DNA from: Spirochaetia bacterium
GTDB taxonomy: Bacteria > Spirochaetota > Spirochaetia > UBA9216
NCBI GenBank assembly: GCA_963677925.2
Contig: CAXXYH010000004.1
Span: forward strand, 1,568,001 to 1,632,000
DNA length: 64,000 nt
Direction of reading: 5' to 3'
In this document: piece after piece, positions 49,157-58,709 of the stretch
Layout of the letters: the number at the start of each line of letters is the position of its first letter
Position numbering within the stretch: position 1 is the first letter of the stretch
Notes under the pieces: model-generated
Told to the model about the DNA's origin: nothing
Seen by the model: the letters and a program-made list of their open reading frames with translations, nothing else
Databases searched by the model: none
Position numbers and translations under genes: made by a program

Positions 49157-50626
49157 ATGACCCTGATTCCGTTTTTTGCGAGGTTTTCGCTCGGTTATTA
49201 TCTGAATATTGTGATGTATTTCATTGTTTTAGGTGTTACGATCCGAATTCTTCTTGATAACCGGAATCCAAGCTGGTCTATATCAATGCTTCTGATTCTG
49301 TATTTTATTCCGATACTAGGACTCTTTATCTATTTCTTCAACGGTGTCGACTGGAAAAAGCGTAAAATTGTAAAACATATTCCTGAACGCATTTTTAAAA
49401 AGAATTTAAGTGATCTTATAGAGAAACAGACAAGCTTTCTGGAGAATGTTCCTTCGGATTTTGAAAATGACAGCGTGAAGATTATCAGAATGCTCTTAAA
49501 CAGCAGCGGTTCGATCATGACTATGAATAATGCCTGTACAATTTACAGCTCCGGAGAGACGCTTTTTAAGGATCTTATAGAAAATCTGAAAACCGCTGAG
49601 CGCTCGATTCATATGGAGTATTTTATCTGGAGATCTGATGAACTTGGACAGCAGATCAAGGATATTCTTATCAGCAAGGTAAAGGCCGGGGTTGAGGTAA
49701 GGCTGCTTTTTGACGGTGTGGGATGTTTCCGTGCCATGAGCCTTAAATATAAACGTGAACTTAGAAAAGCCGGAGTTAAAATACGGTATTTTCTTGATCC
49801 TCTGAATCCTTTCACAGGCTGGCTTCTTAATTACTGTAATCACCGGAAGATTCTTGTTATTGACGGAAAAACCGGATTCACAGGTGGAATGAATATAGGC
49901 CGGGAATATATTGATGGGGGAAAACGCTTTGAGACCTGGCGTGATACCCATATGAAACTTGAGGGTGATACTGTAAACCTCCTGCAGGCGGTTTTTATGG
50001 CCGACTGGGAAAACAGCGGCGGAAAACTGGTCAGTGAAGAGAAATACATTATTCCATCCGACATGTATCATACGGATTTACCTATGCAGATAATTACAAG
50101 CGGCCCCGATTCTGACTGGCACAGCCTTAAAGAGCTGTTTTTTACCCTTATTTCAAATGCAAATGAGGAAGTTCTTATTGCGAGCCCGTATTTTGTAATT
50201 GATTCTGCAATTGAAGAGGCAATCATTACTGCAGCTCTTTCGGGAGTCAGGATAAAGATAATCATGTGCGGAGCCCCGCCGGACAAATGGATTCCATTCT
50301 GGGTCGCCCAGACTTATTATGAACGGCTGATAGCAGCCGGGGCTGAGATTTACCAGTATCAGAAGGGATTTTATCACAGTAAATTCATTGCAGTGGACTC
50401 CAAGATTGCGACAGTAGGTACCTGTAATATGGATATCCGGAGTTTTCAGCTGCATTACGAAATAAATGCTATGTTTTATGACTCTGCTAAAGCTGAACAG
50501 CTTAGGAATGTGTTTATGGAAGACCTGTCGGGCAGCCGGAAGGTTACGCTCGAAGACTGTGAGCGGCTCTCATTTCTGAGTAAACTTCGAAACTCTGTCT
50601 TCAGAATCTTTGCGCCTCTGCTCTGA
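49157..50626 (+). CDS. cls: cardiolipin synthase
   Basis: Two N-terminal TM; HRKILVID and HSKFIAVD HKD motifs; WRDTH, SGPD. Confidence 0.93.
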   Translation: MTLIPFFARFSLGYYLNIVMYFIVLGVTIRILLDNRNPSWSISMLLILYFIPILGLFIYFFNGVDWKKRKIVKHIPERIFKKNLSDLIEKQTSFLENVPSDFENDSVKIIRMLLNSSGSIMTMNNACTIYSSGETLFKDLIENLKTAERSIHMEYFIWRSDELGQQIKDILISKVKAGVEVRLLFDGVGCFRAMSLKYKRELRKAGVKIRYFLDPLNPFTGWLLNYCNHRKILVIDGKTGFTGGMNIGREYIDGGKRFETWRDTHMKLEGDTVNLLQAVFMADWENSGGKLVSEEKYIIPSDMYHTDLPMQIITSGPDSDWHSLKELFFTLISNANEEVLIASPYFVIDSAIEEAIITAALSGVRIKIIMCGAPPDKWIPFWVAQTYYERLIAAGAEIYQYQKGFYHSKFIAVDSKIATVGTCNMDIRSFQLHYEINAMFYDSAKAEQLRNVFMEDLSGSRKVTLEDCERLSFLSKLRNSVFRIFAPLL

Positions 50627-50644
50627 ACTGAAAAACACCGGGAT

Positions 50645-50674
50645 AAAAAAAGACTCCCGGGGGTTGCCCGGGAG
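50645..50674 (-). terminator. intrinsic terminator between cls and transaldolase gene
   Basis: CTCCCGGG/CCCGGGAG stem with T-run on - strand. Confidence 0.75.
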
Positions 50675-50699
50675 CGGAAGGTTTATTATTAGGCCGATA

Positions 50700-51776
50700 T
50701 CATAGATCCGGATTTGGAACCATAAAGTCTCTGATTACTGCCAGGAGATCAGCATAGCCTGCGAGAAAGCCACGCAGTGTCCGGGCTGTTGCTCCGAAGG
50801 TTTCAAATTCTTCATGTGTAAGACCATCCGGTTCATATGCTTTGATAAAATCAGGAAATTTCTTTTTAAGCTCATCAATAATTGCAGGATCAACAGGGTC
50901 ATCCATTCTTGGTTTAACCTCAACATCTGACTGGTTGAACTGTACCTGCCATTTGTATGGAATAGTAAGAACTACGTCACCGCCGATGAATTCACTCCAC
51001 TGAAGGTGGTTTCTGTATGCTGCAGCAAGAAGTCTTGTTCGGAATCCCTTCTCGTTGTAATACTTGTAGGCATTCTTGAAAACGGCAACACCTGCCCAGT
51101 CAAGGACACCGGGAGTAACCGCAATGTTTTCTTTTGCTGCAATTACTTTCAGCCAGTCGTCAATCCGGCCTACCATTATGGTGCAGACAGGAGTCATTTT
51201 AGATACATCCTTGCCTTCGGCTTCCCGTCTCTTAAGTCCTCTTTCAACGGCTTCTGCAACTGCCACAGCCTGCGGACATGAAAAACTTACTGTTGCATTG
51301 ATATTAACACCGGCATATGTTGCTTCTTCAATGGCTTTCACTCCGGCTGCGGTTACAGGCATTTTTACCATCATGTTTTCAGCAAGTGTGTTGAAGCCGA
51401 TGGCCTGATCAGCCATTTTTTTCCAGTCACGATAGTACTGTGCATTGGTCTGTATGCTGATGCGTCCTTTCATGCCGTCATATTTCTTGAAGACAGGCAT
51501 AAGAAGTTCTGCGCCTTTAACAGCCATTTCTTCGTTAAGTTTCCATGCGATATCGATCTCAGTAGCTTCAGGCATTTCCTTAACAAGCTCTTTGATCCTG
51601 TCTTTCCAAAGATGCATCTCCTTTTTCAGCACATTTCCAACAATAACGGGGTTTGTTGTAGCTCCTGTTGCACCGTTTTCGATTGAATATTTAAGCTCTT
51701 CGATAGAACATGAATCATTCCATACATCGGTTGCTGTTGTTTCAACAGTCTCGTGAAGCGGACTTTTGTATCCCAT
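50700..51776 (-). CDS. transaldolase-family protein, non-canonical active site
   Basis: WNDS, TTNP, VKMP (Schiff-base Lys), INAT, VGRIDD; Gln at the TalB Glu96 position. Confidence 0.88.
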   Translation of the reverse strand: MGYKSPLHETVETTATDVWNDSCSIEELKYSIENGATGATTNPVIVGNVLKKEMHLWKDRIKELVKEMPEATEIDIAWKLNEEMAVKGAELLMPVFKKYDGMKGRISIQTNAQYYRDWKKMADQAIGFNTLAENMMVKMPVTAAGVKAIEEATYAGVNINATVSFSCPQAVAVAEAVERGLKRREAEGKDVSKMTPVCTIMVGRIDDWLKVIAAKENIAVTPGVLDWAGVAVFKNAYKYYNEKGFRTRLLAAAYRNHLQWSEFIGGDVVLTIPYKWQVQFNQSDVEVKPRMDDPVDPAIIDELKKKFPDFIKAYEPDGLTHEEFETFGATARTLRGFLAGYADLLAVIRDFMVPNPDL

Positions 51777-51815
51777 AAATGTCTCCTTCTGGATTTGTTT
51801 GGTATCTATTTAGAT

Positions 51816-51856
51816 AGTTTAGAACTTTATTTTTGATTTGTCAATTGTCAGACAAT
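51816..51856 (-). promoter_or_regulatory. promoter of transaldolase gene with adjacent palindrome
   Basis: TTGACA-N17-TAAACT on - strand; ATTGTCAGACAAT (51844-51856) abuts the -35. Confidence 0.5.
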
Positions 51857-51923
51857 ATGAAATTGTGATTTTATTACAATATGAGAATATTCATCGAATC
51901 TGTTCAAATAGATAAAAAATTAC

Positions 51924-51937
51924 TGCAAACGTTTGTA
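51924..51937. promoter_or_regulatory. LacI-type operator
   Basis: TGCAAACGTTTGTA, central AACGTT. Confidence 0.6.
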
Positions 51938-52079
51938 TGATAACGATAAAAAAATCACTTTATATTGAAAAACTGGACGAATGTTTTACATAATAAAAAT
52001 ATGTGCATTTTGGTTAAAAATGTCATAAATATTTATAGGTAAAAGAAATAAGCGAATTTTATTTAGATAAACTTTTCTG

Positions 52080-52131
52080 TTGACAAAGAAACAATCTAGA
52101 ATGATAATATCAGTAAATGACAACGTTTGCA
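52080..52131 (+). promoter_or_regulatory. iol operon promoter plus LacI-type operator
   Basis: TTGACA-N17-GATAAT, then TGACAACGTTTGCA (52118-52131). Confidence 0.7.
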
Positions 52132-52168
52132 AAGAAAGCTAAAACAATTCATTAAGGAGGATTATTTA

Positions 52169-53110
52169 ATGAAGAAAGGTTTGTTAGTACTTGTTGTATT
52201 ACTGGCGATTGCAGGAACAGTTTTTGCCGGTGGTCAGCAGGATGCAAAGAGCGGTTTTGAAGTAGGTTATGTTTGTAACAATTTTAACGACACATTCCAG
52301 ACCTATGTTATGGATGCTGCGGAAGCTTATTTCAATGAAAACGCAGACATCACAATTACTCTTCAGGATGCACAGGAAGATGTTATCAAGCAGCAGGACC
52401 TTGTTAACATTTTTATCGCGCAGGGTGTAGATGCTCTCATAGTAGTACCGGTAGATACCAGTGCAATGGGACCAATCGTAACTGCAGCAAATGAAGCTGG
52501 AATACCTCTCTGCTTCGTAAACAGAAACCCCTACGGCCAGGATGACCCACCCGCAAATGTTTACTATGTAGGCTCACAGGAAATCATTGCAGGTCAGCAG
52601 CAGATGAATGCAATGGGTGAACTTCTCGGCGGAAAGGGCGGAGTTGCTATCCTTATGGGTAAACTTGACAACGAAGGCGCTCTTAAGAGAACCGAAGGTA
52701 ACGAACAGGTTATCAGTGAAAAATATCCCAACATTAAAATTCTTGCAAAAGAAACCGGAAACTGGCAGAGAGACCAGGGAATGGTACTTACAGAGAACTG
52801 GCTGACTGCATACGGCTCAGGTCTTAACGGTATCCTTGCCAACAATGATGAAATGGCTCTCGGTGCTGTGGAAGCTCTTAAGGCTGCAGGAAGACAGGAT
52901 GTTTTTGTAATGGGTGTTGATGCTATACCTGATGCAAAGGTCGCAGTAGGAAGCGGTGATCTTGCAGCAACAGTTCTTCAGGATGCTGTTGGTCAGGGTA
53001 GAGGAAGTGCCATGGTTATCCATGAAGCACTTAAAGGTTCTACACCGGACAAGATCACATGGATACCGTTCGTTCTTATTACAAAAGAAAATCTTGCTGA
53101 TTTTCAGTAG
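52169..53110 (+). CDS. sugar (inositol) ABC substrate-binding protein
   Basis: AGGAGG RBS; RbsB-like fold motifs (VNR, YVGSQE, ANNDEMALGA, GVDA). Confidence 0.9.
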   Translation: MKKGLLVLVVLLAIAGTVFAGGQQDAKSGFEVGYVCNNFNDTFQTYVMDAAEAYFNENADITITLQDAQEDVIKQQDLVNIFIAQGVDALIVVPVDTSAMGPIVTAANEAGIPLCFVNRNPYGQDDPPANVYYVGSQEIIAGQQQMNAMGELLGGKGGVAILMGKLDNEGALKRTEGNEQVISEKYPNIKILAKETGNWQRDQGMVLTENWLTAYGSGLNGILANNDEMALGAVEALKAAGRQDVFVMGVDAIPDAKVAVGSGDLAATVLQDAVGQGRGSAMVIHEALKGSTPDKITWIPFVLITKENLADFQ

Positions 53111-53125
53111 AAAGAACTGTTAGAC

Positions 53126-53159
53126 AAAAAGGGAAAAGAGCAGTCTTTTCCCTTTTTTT
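53126..53159 (+). terminator. intra-operon hairpin after SBP gene
   Basis: AAAAAGGGAAAAGA-GCAG-TCTTTTCCCTTTTT. Confidence 0.75.
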
Positions 53160-53179
53160 AAACTGAAATGGAGTTTTAG

Positions 53180-54700
53180 ATGGACGAAGATAAGATTCTT
53201 CTGAAAATGTCGAATATTGTAAAAACTTTTCCGGGTGTACAGGCCCTGAAAGGTGTAGAGCTGATCGTTAGAAAAGGTGAGATTCATGCCCTCATGGGAG
53301 AAAACGGGGCTGGAAAATCAACCCTCGTAAAATGTTTAGCCGGTATTCACAGTCAGACTTCCGGAGAGATCCTTTTTGACGGAAAAATCCGGGAAAATTA
53401 TAACACGGCTCAGGCACTACGCATGGGTATCTCCATGATTCACCAGGAATTAAGCCCTGTACTTCACAGGACTATCATGGAGAACATATGGCTTGGCAGA
53501 GAGCCTCTTAATAAGTTCGGGCTGGTTGATCACAATAAAATGTATGAGATGACCAAAGATGTCCTTAAGCAGATTGATCTTAAAGAAGACCCCCGGACAC
53601 TGATGGTTAATCTGACTGTAGCGAAAATGCAGATGATTGAAATAGCCAAGGCTGTTTCCTATGATTCTAAACTTATCATTATGGATGAGCCCACATCGGC
53701 GCTTACAGATAAGGAAGTAAATCATCTTTTTGAGATCATGAGAAAGTTAAAGGCTCAGGGTAAGAGCATCATATATATTTCACACAAGCTTGATGAAATT
53801 TACGAGATAACGGATCAGGTAACAGTATACAGGGACGGTGATTATATCGGTTCCGAAAAAACCACTGAGCTGTCTGTAGATCGGATGATAAATATGATGG
53901 TCGGACGTAATGTCGATGAAATGTTTCCGAAAATTCCCTGCGAGATCGGTGATGTGAAGATGGAAGTAAAAAACCTTACACATCCGACATCTTTCAGTGA
54001 TGTTTCATTCACCGTTAGAAAGGGAGAGATCCTTGGTTTTGCCGGGCTGGTAGGCGCCGGACGGACAGAGGTAATTGAAACCATTTTCGGAATCAGAACA
54101 AGACAGTCAGGTGAAATCCTGATTGACGGTAAACCGGTCAAGATTGATTCTCCAAGGGATGCCATAAAGCTAAAATTAGCGCTTCTGACTGAAGACAGGC
54201 GTCTTTCGGGTATCTTTCCAATGCTTACAGTAAGACTGAATATGGCAATAGCCACCATTCCCAAATTTCTTAACCGGGCCGGTCTGCTGAAAACTAAAAA
54301 GCTCAAGGACACCTGTGACGAGTATGTAACAAAAATACAGGTTAAAACACCAAGTCTGATGCAGCGGATTGAAAACCTCAGCGGAGGAAACCAGCAGAAA
54401 GTACTGGTAGCTCGCTGGCTCATGACTAATCCGGAAATTCTCTTTCTGGACGAGCCTACAAGGGGAATTGATGTAGGTACCAAGGCTGAAATACACAAGC
54501 TGATAACCAAACTTGCAGGTGAGGGTAAATCAATAATAATGGTTTCCTCAGAGCTGCCGGAAGTCATGGGGATGAGCGACAGAATAGTAGTAATGCATGA
54601 GGGCCGGGTAACAGGAATTGTTGATAACGATGAATCACTTACACAGGAAGTATTGATGTCATACGCGACCAATACTCATTCCGGCAACAAGACGGCATAA
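53180..54700 (+). CDS. sugar ABC transporter ATPase (RbsA/MglA-like)
   Basis: GENGAGKST, MDEPT, GLVGAGRTE, LSGGNQQK. Confidence 0.95.
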   Translation: MDEDKILLKMSNIVKTFPGVQALKGVELIVRKGEIHALMGENGAGKSTLVKCLAGIHSQTSGEILFDGKIRENYNTAQALRMGISMIHQELSPVLHRTIMENIWLGREPLNKFGLVDHNKMYEMTKDVLKQIDLKEDPRTLMVNLTVAKMQMIEIAKAVSYDSKLIIMDEPTSALTDKEVNHLFEIMRKLKAQGKSIIYISHKLDEIYEITDQVTVYRDGDYIGSEKTTELSVDRMINMMVGRNVDEMFPKIPCEIGDVKMEVKNLTHPTSFSDVSFTVRKGEILGFAGLVGAGRTEVIETIFGIRTRQSGEILIDGKPVKIDSPRDAIKLKLALLTEDRRLSGIFPMLTVRLNMAIATIPKFLNRAGLLKTKKLKDTCDEYVTKIQVKTPSLMQRIENLSGGNQQKVLVARWLMTNPEILFLDEPTRGIDVGTKAEIHKLITKLAGEGKSIIMVSSELPEVMGMSDRIVVMHEGRVTGIVDNDESLTQEVLMSYATNTHSGNKTA

Positions 54701-54711
54701 GGAGGAAAAAA

Positions 54712-55713
54712 ATGAGCGATGTTAAATCGAGTTTTAATAATGCTGCTTTAAAGCAGACGCTTCAAAAATACGGAATTGTATTCGTACTTATTTTAATGAT
54801 TATCGGGTTGAGTATAGCCTCTCCGGCATTCCTGAGTCCGCATAATATTTTTAATGTTCTTACCCAGAGCGCAATCTTTGGAATTATGGCCCTGGGACTT
54901 ACATTTGTAATTATTGCAAAGGGAATTGACCTTTCAGTAGGTTCAGTTCTTGCTTTTTCAGGTGTTGTAGCCGCAAGTCTGGCTCAGGCTGCTACTGCAA
55001 CTACCAAATACTTTCCCAACCTTCCGGAACTTCCGGTTTTTGTTCCTATTCTGGCCGCACTTGCAATAGGCGCTCTCTGCGGCGGTATAAGCGGTGCGCT
55101 CATAGCGAAGACCAGGATCCCGGCATTTATTGCCACGCTCGGTATGATGACTGTTGCCAGAGGTTTTGCTCTTATCTACTCAGACGGTAAACCTGTAAGT
55201 ACACTCATTCCCGGAATGACTGCCCTTGGCGGAAAGCTGTTCGGCTTCCTCCCGATTCCGGTAATTATCTATGTGATAATGATAATCATCAGTTCAATCC
55301 TGCTGAACTACACGAGATTCGGAAAGAATACATATGCCATAGGCGGTAATATTACAGCAGCCGAGATTTCCGGTGTTAATGTCAGCAAGAACCTCATCGG
55401 AATATATGCATACAGCGGTCTTCTGGCAGGTCTTGCAGCTGTAGTTTTTGCCGGACGTGTAGGGTCTGTTCATCCCGGTGCTGCAACCGGTTATGAGCTT
55501 ACAGCAATCGCCGCAACAACAATCGGCGGAACCAGCCATTCAGGCGGTATCGGAACAATATGGGGAGCCTTTGTAGGTGCTCTGGTTCTGGCTGTTATGA
55601 GAAACGGTCTTACTCTTCTTGGTGTTGATGCCTACTGGCAGCAGGTTACTGAGGGTGCAATAATTGTAGTTGCAGTTATTATCGATATGCGTAAAAACGC
55701 TAAAAAGAAATAA
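54712..55713 (+). CDS. sugar ABC transporter permease
   Basis: [31 protein letters not shown]. Confidence 0.93.
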   Translation: MSDVKSSFNNAALKQTLQKYGIVFVLILMIIGLSIASPAFLSPHNIFNVLTQSAIFGIMALGLTFVIIAKGIDLSVGSVLAFSGVVAASLAQAATATTKYFPNLPELPVFVPILAALAIGALCGGISGALIAKTRIPAFIATLGMMTVARGFALIYSDGKPVSTLIPGMTALGGKLFGFLPIPVIIYVIMIIISSILLNYTRFGKNTYAIGGNITAAEISGVNVSKNLIGIYAYSGLLAGLAAVVFAGRVGSVHPGAATGYELTAIAATTIGGTSHSGGIGTIWGAFVGALVLAVMRNGLTLLGVDAYWQQVTEGAIIVVAVIIDMRKNAKKK

Positions 55714-55724
55714 TCAGGATCGCA

Positions 55725-56738
55725 ATGAATACAGTAAGAATTGGGTCTGTAGGCCTGGGAAGGCTCGGTCTTGCCCATGCTGAGAATATTACAAACAGGA
55801 TTCAGGGAGCGCAGCTTACAGCGCTCTGTGATCTTGATGAAAAGAAACTCAATGAAACAGCTGACAGACTGGGTGTTAAAAACAGGTTCACAGCATTTGA
55901 TGACATGATTAAATCGGATGAAATTGATGCTGTTGTTCTTGTTTCTCCCTCAGCAATGCATACCGGGCAGATTGAAGCCGCGCTTGCTGCAGGAAAACAT
56001 GTGTTCTCTGAGAAACCGCTCGGAGTTACTGTTGATGAATGCCTGAAAGCCGAGAAGGCTGTAGAAAAATATTCCGACAAGGTTTTCATGCTGGGCTTTA
56101 TGCGGCGTTTTGATGAATCATACAAATATGCACATGACAAGGTTGCTGCTGGAGAAATCGGTACTCCGGTTCTGTTCAGATCCTACAGTCAGGACCCTGA
56201 GAAGTTTATCGATGGAGCAATAGCATTCGCCCCGCACAGCGGAGGTCAGTTTCTTGATATGGCTGTACATGATATAGACCTTGCCAGGTGGTTCCTCGAT
56301 GATGAGCCTGAAACTGTCTATGCAATAGGAGGCTGTTACGCTCATCCGGAATTTGCACAGTATCAGGATGGTGATAATGTTTCGGCTTTGATGAAGTTCA
56401 AAAAAGGCGCTATGGCCTTCCTGTTCGCAGGAAGAACTGCACCCCACGGTTATAATGTAGAAACCGAAATAATCGGTACGAAGGGTACTCTCCGAATCGC
56501 ATCGGTCCCCCAGAAAAACCTTGTTGAAATACTGGACCCATATGGTGTAAGAAGAGAATGCAGTGAAAACTTTCTGGAGAGGTTTGAATCGAGTTACGTC
56601 AATGAAATCCAGGAATTTGTAGACTGCATAATAAAAAATAAAAAACCCGGAGTTACCGTTTATGACGGAACGAGAGTTTCAGAGATAGCATACAAATGCA
56701 AAGAGGCTTTTGAGAAGGGCGAAATGTTGAGGTTTTAA
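55725..56738 (+). CDS. iolG: inositol dehydrogenase (Gfo/Idh/MocA)
   Basis: GLGRLG, EKP, GFMRRFD, DMAVHD, FLERF. Confidence 0.8.
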   Translation: MNTVRIGSVGLGRLGLAHAENITNRIQGAQLTALCDLDEKKLNETADRLGVKNRFTAFDDMIKSDEIDAVVLVSPSAMHTGQIEAALAAGKHVFSEKPLGVTVDECLKAEKAVEKYSDKVFMLGFMRRFDESYKYAHDKVAAGEIGTPVLFRSYSQDPEKFIDGAIAFAPHSGGQFLDMAVHDIDLARWFLDDEPETVYAIGGCYAHPEFAQYQDGDNVSALMKFKKGAMAFLFAGRTAPHGYNVETEIIGTKGTLRIASVPQKNLVEILDPYGVRRECSENFLERFESSYVNEIQEFVDCIIKNKKPGVTVYDGTRVSEIAYKCKEAFEKGEMLRF

Positions 56739-57764
56739 GTGAAGCGATCCCAGGTTACGATCAAAGATATAGCTGAAATTGCAGGAGTAAGTTTTTCCAC
56801 TGTTTCCCGATGTCTGAACGACAGTTCCGTTGTTTCGCCGGAGACCAAGAAGAAGGTCTGCGATATTGCGGATAAAATGGGCTTTGAGTTCAATTCTTCA
56901 GCGCGGGGGCTGATTACTTCGACTGTTGGAACTGTCGGAATTATTCTTCCGGAACAGTTTACCGAGATTTCAGTTAACGTATACCACGGGATGCTTATGA
57001 ACAGCCTGCGGACAAGCCTTGAAAAGGCTGATGTGGATTTGATAGTTACTTATCAGAAGAACCATTTTACAGGCAAAAACAATATTATGAGGCTGGTAAC
57101 GCGGCGGAAAATAGACGGACTGATAATGCTGGTTGAGAATATTGAACAGGAAACCCTGGACTTTCTTGAAGCAAGATCTGTTCCCTTTGTCTGCACTCAT
57201 TATCCGCCTGCTGATAACATCAAAAATCAGGATGTTATCTATACGGATCACTATGCAGGCGGCAAACTGGTGGCTGAACATCTTATAGGAAAGGGCCGGA
57301 GCCGGTTTATGATTCTTGCTGTTGAGGATGTTCACCTGGAGTTTCAGCTTCGTGAAAAAGGCTTCACAAAGGTAGTTAAGGAAGCCGGGTTTGAAGTCGC
57401 AAGGTTTGAAACAAAGTCGGTATTCAATGCTGCTTATGAGACAACTAGGTCGATGATTGATGAGGTCAGAAAGTACGATGCAGTTTTCGCTCTTAATGAT
57501 CTCATGGCACTTGGAACCATAAAAGCGCTGCTTGAAGCGGGTATCCGGGTTCCTGAAGATGTTGCGGTAGTCGGATACGACGACAGTGAGTTCAGCCGCT
57601 ACAGTGTTCCTATGCTGACTTCAGTGCATCAGCCCAAGGAAGAACTTGCCATGTTTGCGTGTCAGCGGCTTTTTCATCAGATGGAAAAGAAAAAAGAGAA
57701 GCAGGAGTTTCTGAAGAAATTGATGAGTATTCAGCCTGTTCTTATAGAAAGAGATTCCACCTGA
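56739..57764 (+). CDS. LacI family regulator
   Basis: TIKDIAEIAGVSFSTVSR; NDLMALG, VVGYDD, LTSVHQP. Confidence 0.92.
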   Translation: MKRSQVTIKDIAEIAGVSFSTVSRCLNDSSVVSPETKKKVCDIADKMGFEFNSSARGLITSTVGTVGIILPEQFTEISVNVYHGMLMNSLRTSLEKADVDLIVTYQKNHFTGKNNIMRLVTRRKIDGLIMLVENIEQETLDFLEARSVPFVCTHYPPADNIKNQDVIYTDHYAGGKLVAEHLIGKGRSRFMILAVEDVHLEFQLREKGFTKVVKEAGFEVARFETKSVFNAAYETTRSMIDEVRKYDAVFALNDLMALGTIKALLEAGIRVPEDVAVVGYDDSEFSRYSVPMLTSVHQPKEELAMFACQRLFHQMEKKKEKQEFLKKLMSIQPVLIERDST

Positions 57765-57798
57765 AACTTTTAAATTCTTTATTTAGAGAAGGTAAGTT

Positions 57799-58689
57799 AT
57801 GGATAAAAACAAAATTAAGCTGGGTATGGCCCCTATAGGCTGGACTAATGATGATCTTCCCGATCTGGGAAGTGAAAACTCTTTTCAGCAGTGTGTAAGT
57901 GAAATGGCTCTCGCCGGATTTACCGGTTCTGAGGTCGGTAATAAGTATCCCTCCGATGCTGCTGAGCTGAAACCCTATCTTGATATCAGGGGAATAAAGA
58001 TCTGCAATCAGTGGTTCAGTTCATTTCTCTGTTCACAGCCCTATGCCGAAGTTGAGAAGGCTTTCCGGGCGCAGCTTTCATTTCTGAAGGCTCTTGGAGC
58101 TGATGTTATCGGTCCTTCAGAGCAGACCAGATCGAGTCAGGGCCAGGCTGTTCCTGTATTTTCAGGAAAGGCTGTATTTGACACTGAAGAGTTCAAAAAG
58201 CTCACTGAGGGAATGAACAAGCTCGGAAAAATAGCAAAAGATGAAGGACTCAGGCTAGCCTTTCATCATCACATGGGTACAGGTGTACAGACTATAGAAG
58301 AAACTGAACGTTTTCTTAACGATACCGACCCGAATCTTGTCTATCTGCTTTTTGATTCAGGACATTTTGCCTATGCAGGTCAGGATCCGGTTGCCGCCCT
58401 GAAGAAGTTTATAAGCAGGGTCGGGCATGTACATCTTAAAGACATCAGAACTGATGTATATAAAGAAGTAACTGCCGCAGATTCATCCTTTCTTGATGCA
58501 GTACGGAAGGGTGTTTTTACAGTTCCGGGTGATGGAAGCATAGATTTTGATTCAATTTTCAGTCTGCTTGATGAAGCCGGATACGAGGGCTGGATGGTTG
58601 TTGAGGCTGAACAGGATCCTGCAAAAGCCAATCCATTTGAATATGCTTTGAAAGCAAGAAAATATATTCAGGAACACGCAGGGCTTTAA
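57799..58689 (+). CDS. iolE: myo-inosose-2 dehydratase
   Basis: APIGWTNDD, HHHMGT, DSGH, VHLKD, VEAEQDP. Confidence 0.95.
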   Translation: MDKNKIKLGMAPIGWTNDDLPDLGSENSFQQCVSEMALAGFTGSEVGNKYPSDAAELKPYLDIRGIKICNQWFSSFLCSQPYAEVEKAFRAQLSFLKALGADVIGPSEQTRSSQGQAVPVFSGKAVFDTEEFKKLTEGMNKLGKIAKDEGLRLAFHHHMGTGVQTIEETERFLNDTDPNLVYLLFDSGHFAYAGQDPVAALKKFISRVGHVHLKDIRTDVYKEVTAADSSFLDAVRKGVFTVPGDGSIDFDSIFSLLDEAGYEGWMVVEAEQDPAKANPFEYALKARKYIQEHAGL

Positions 58690-58709
58690 GCTCGTGTAAG
58701 GGAAGAGAA

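Noticed and set aside
53842-54672. Long antisense ORFs (276 aa here; also 34479-35207, 37752-38342, 4926-5480)
   Set aside because: They are shadows of well-supported genes on the opposite strand, with no recognisable motifs.
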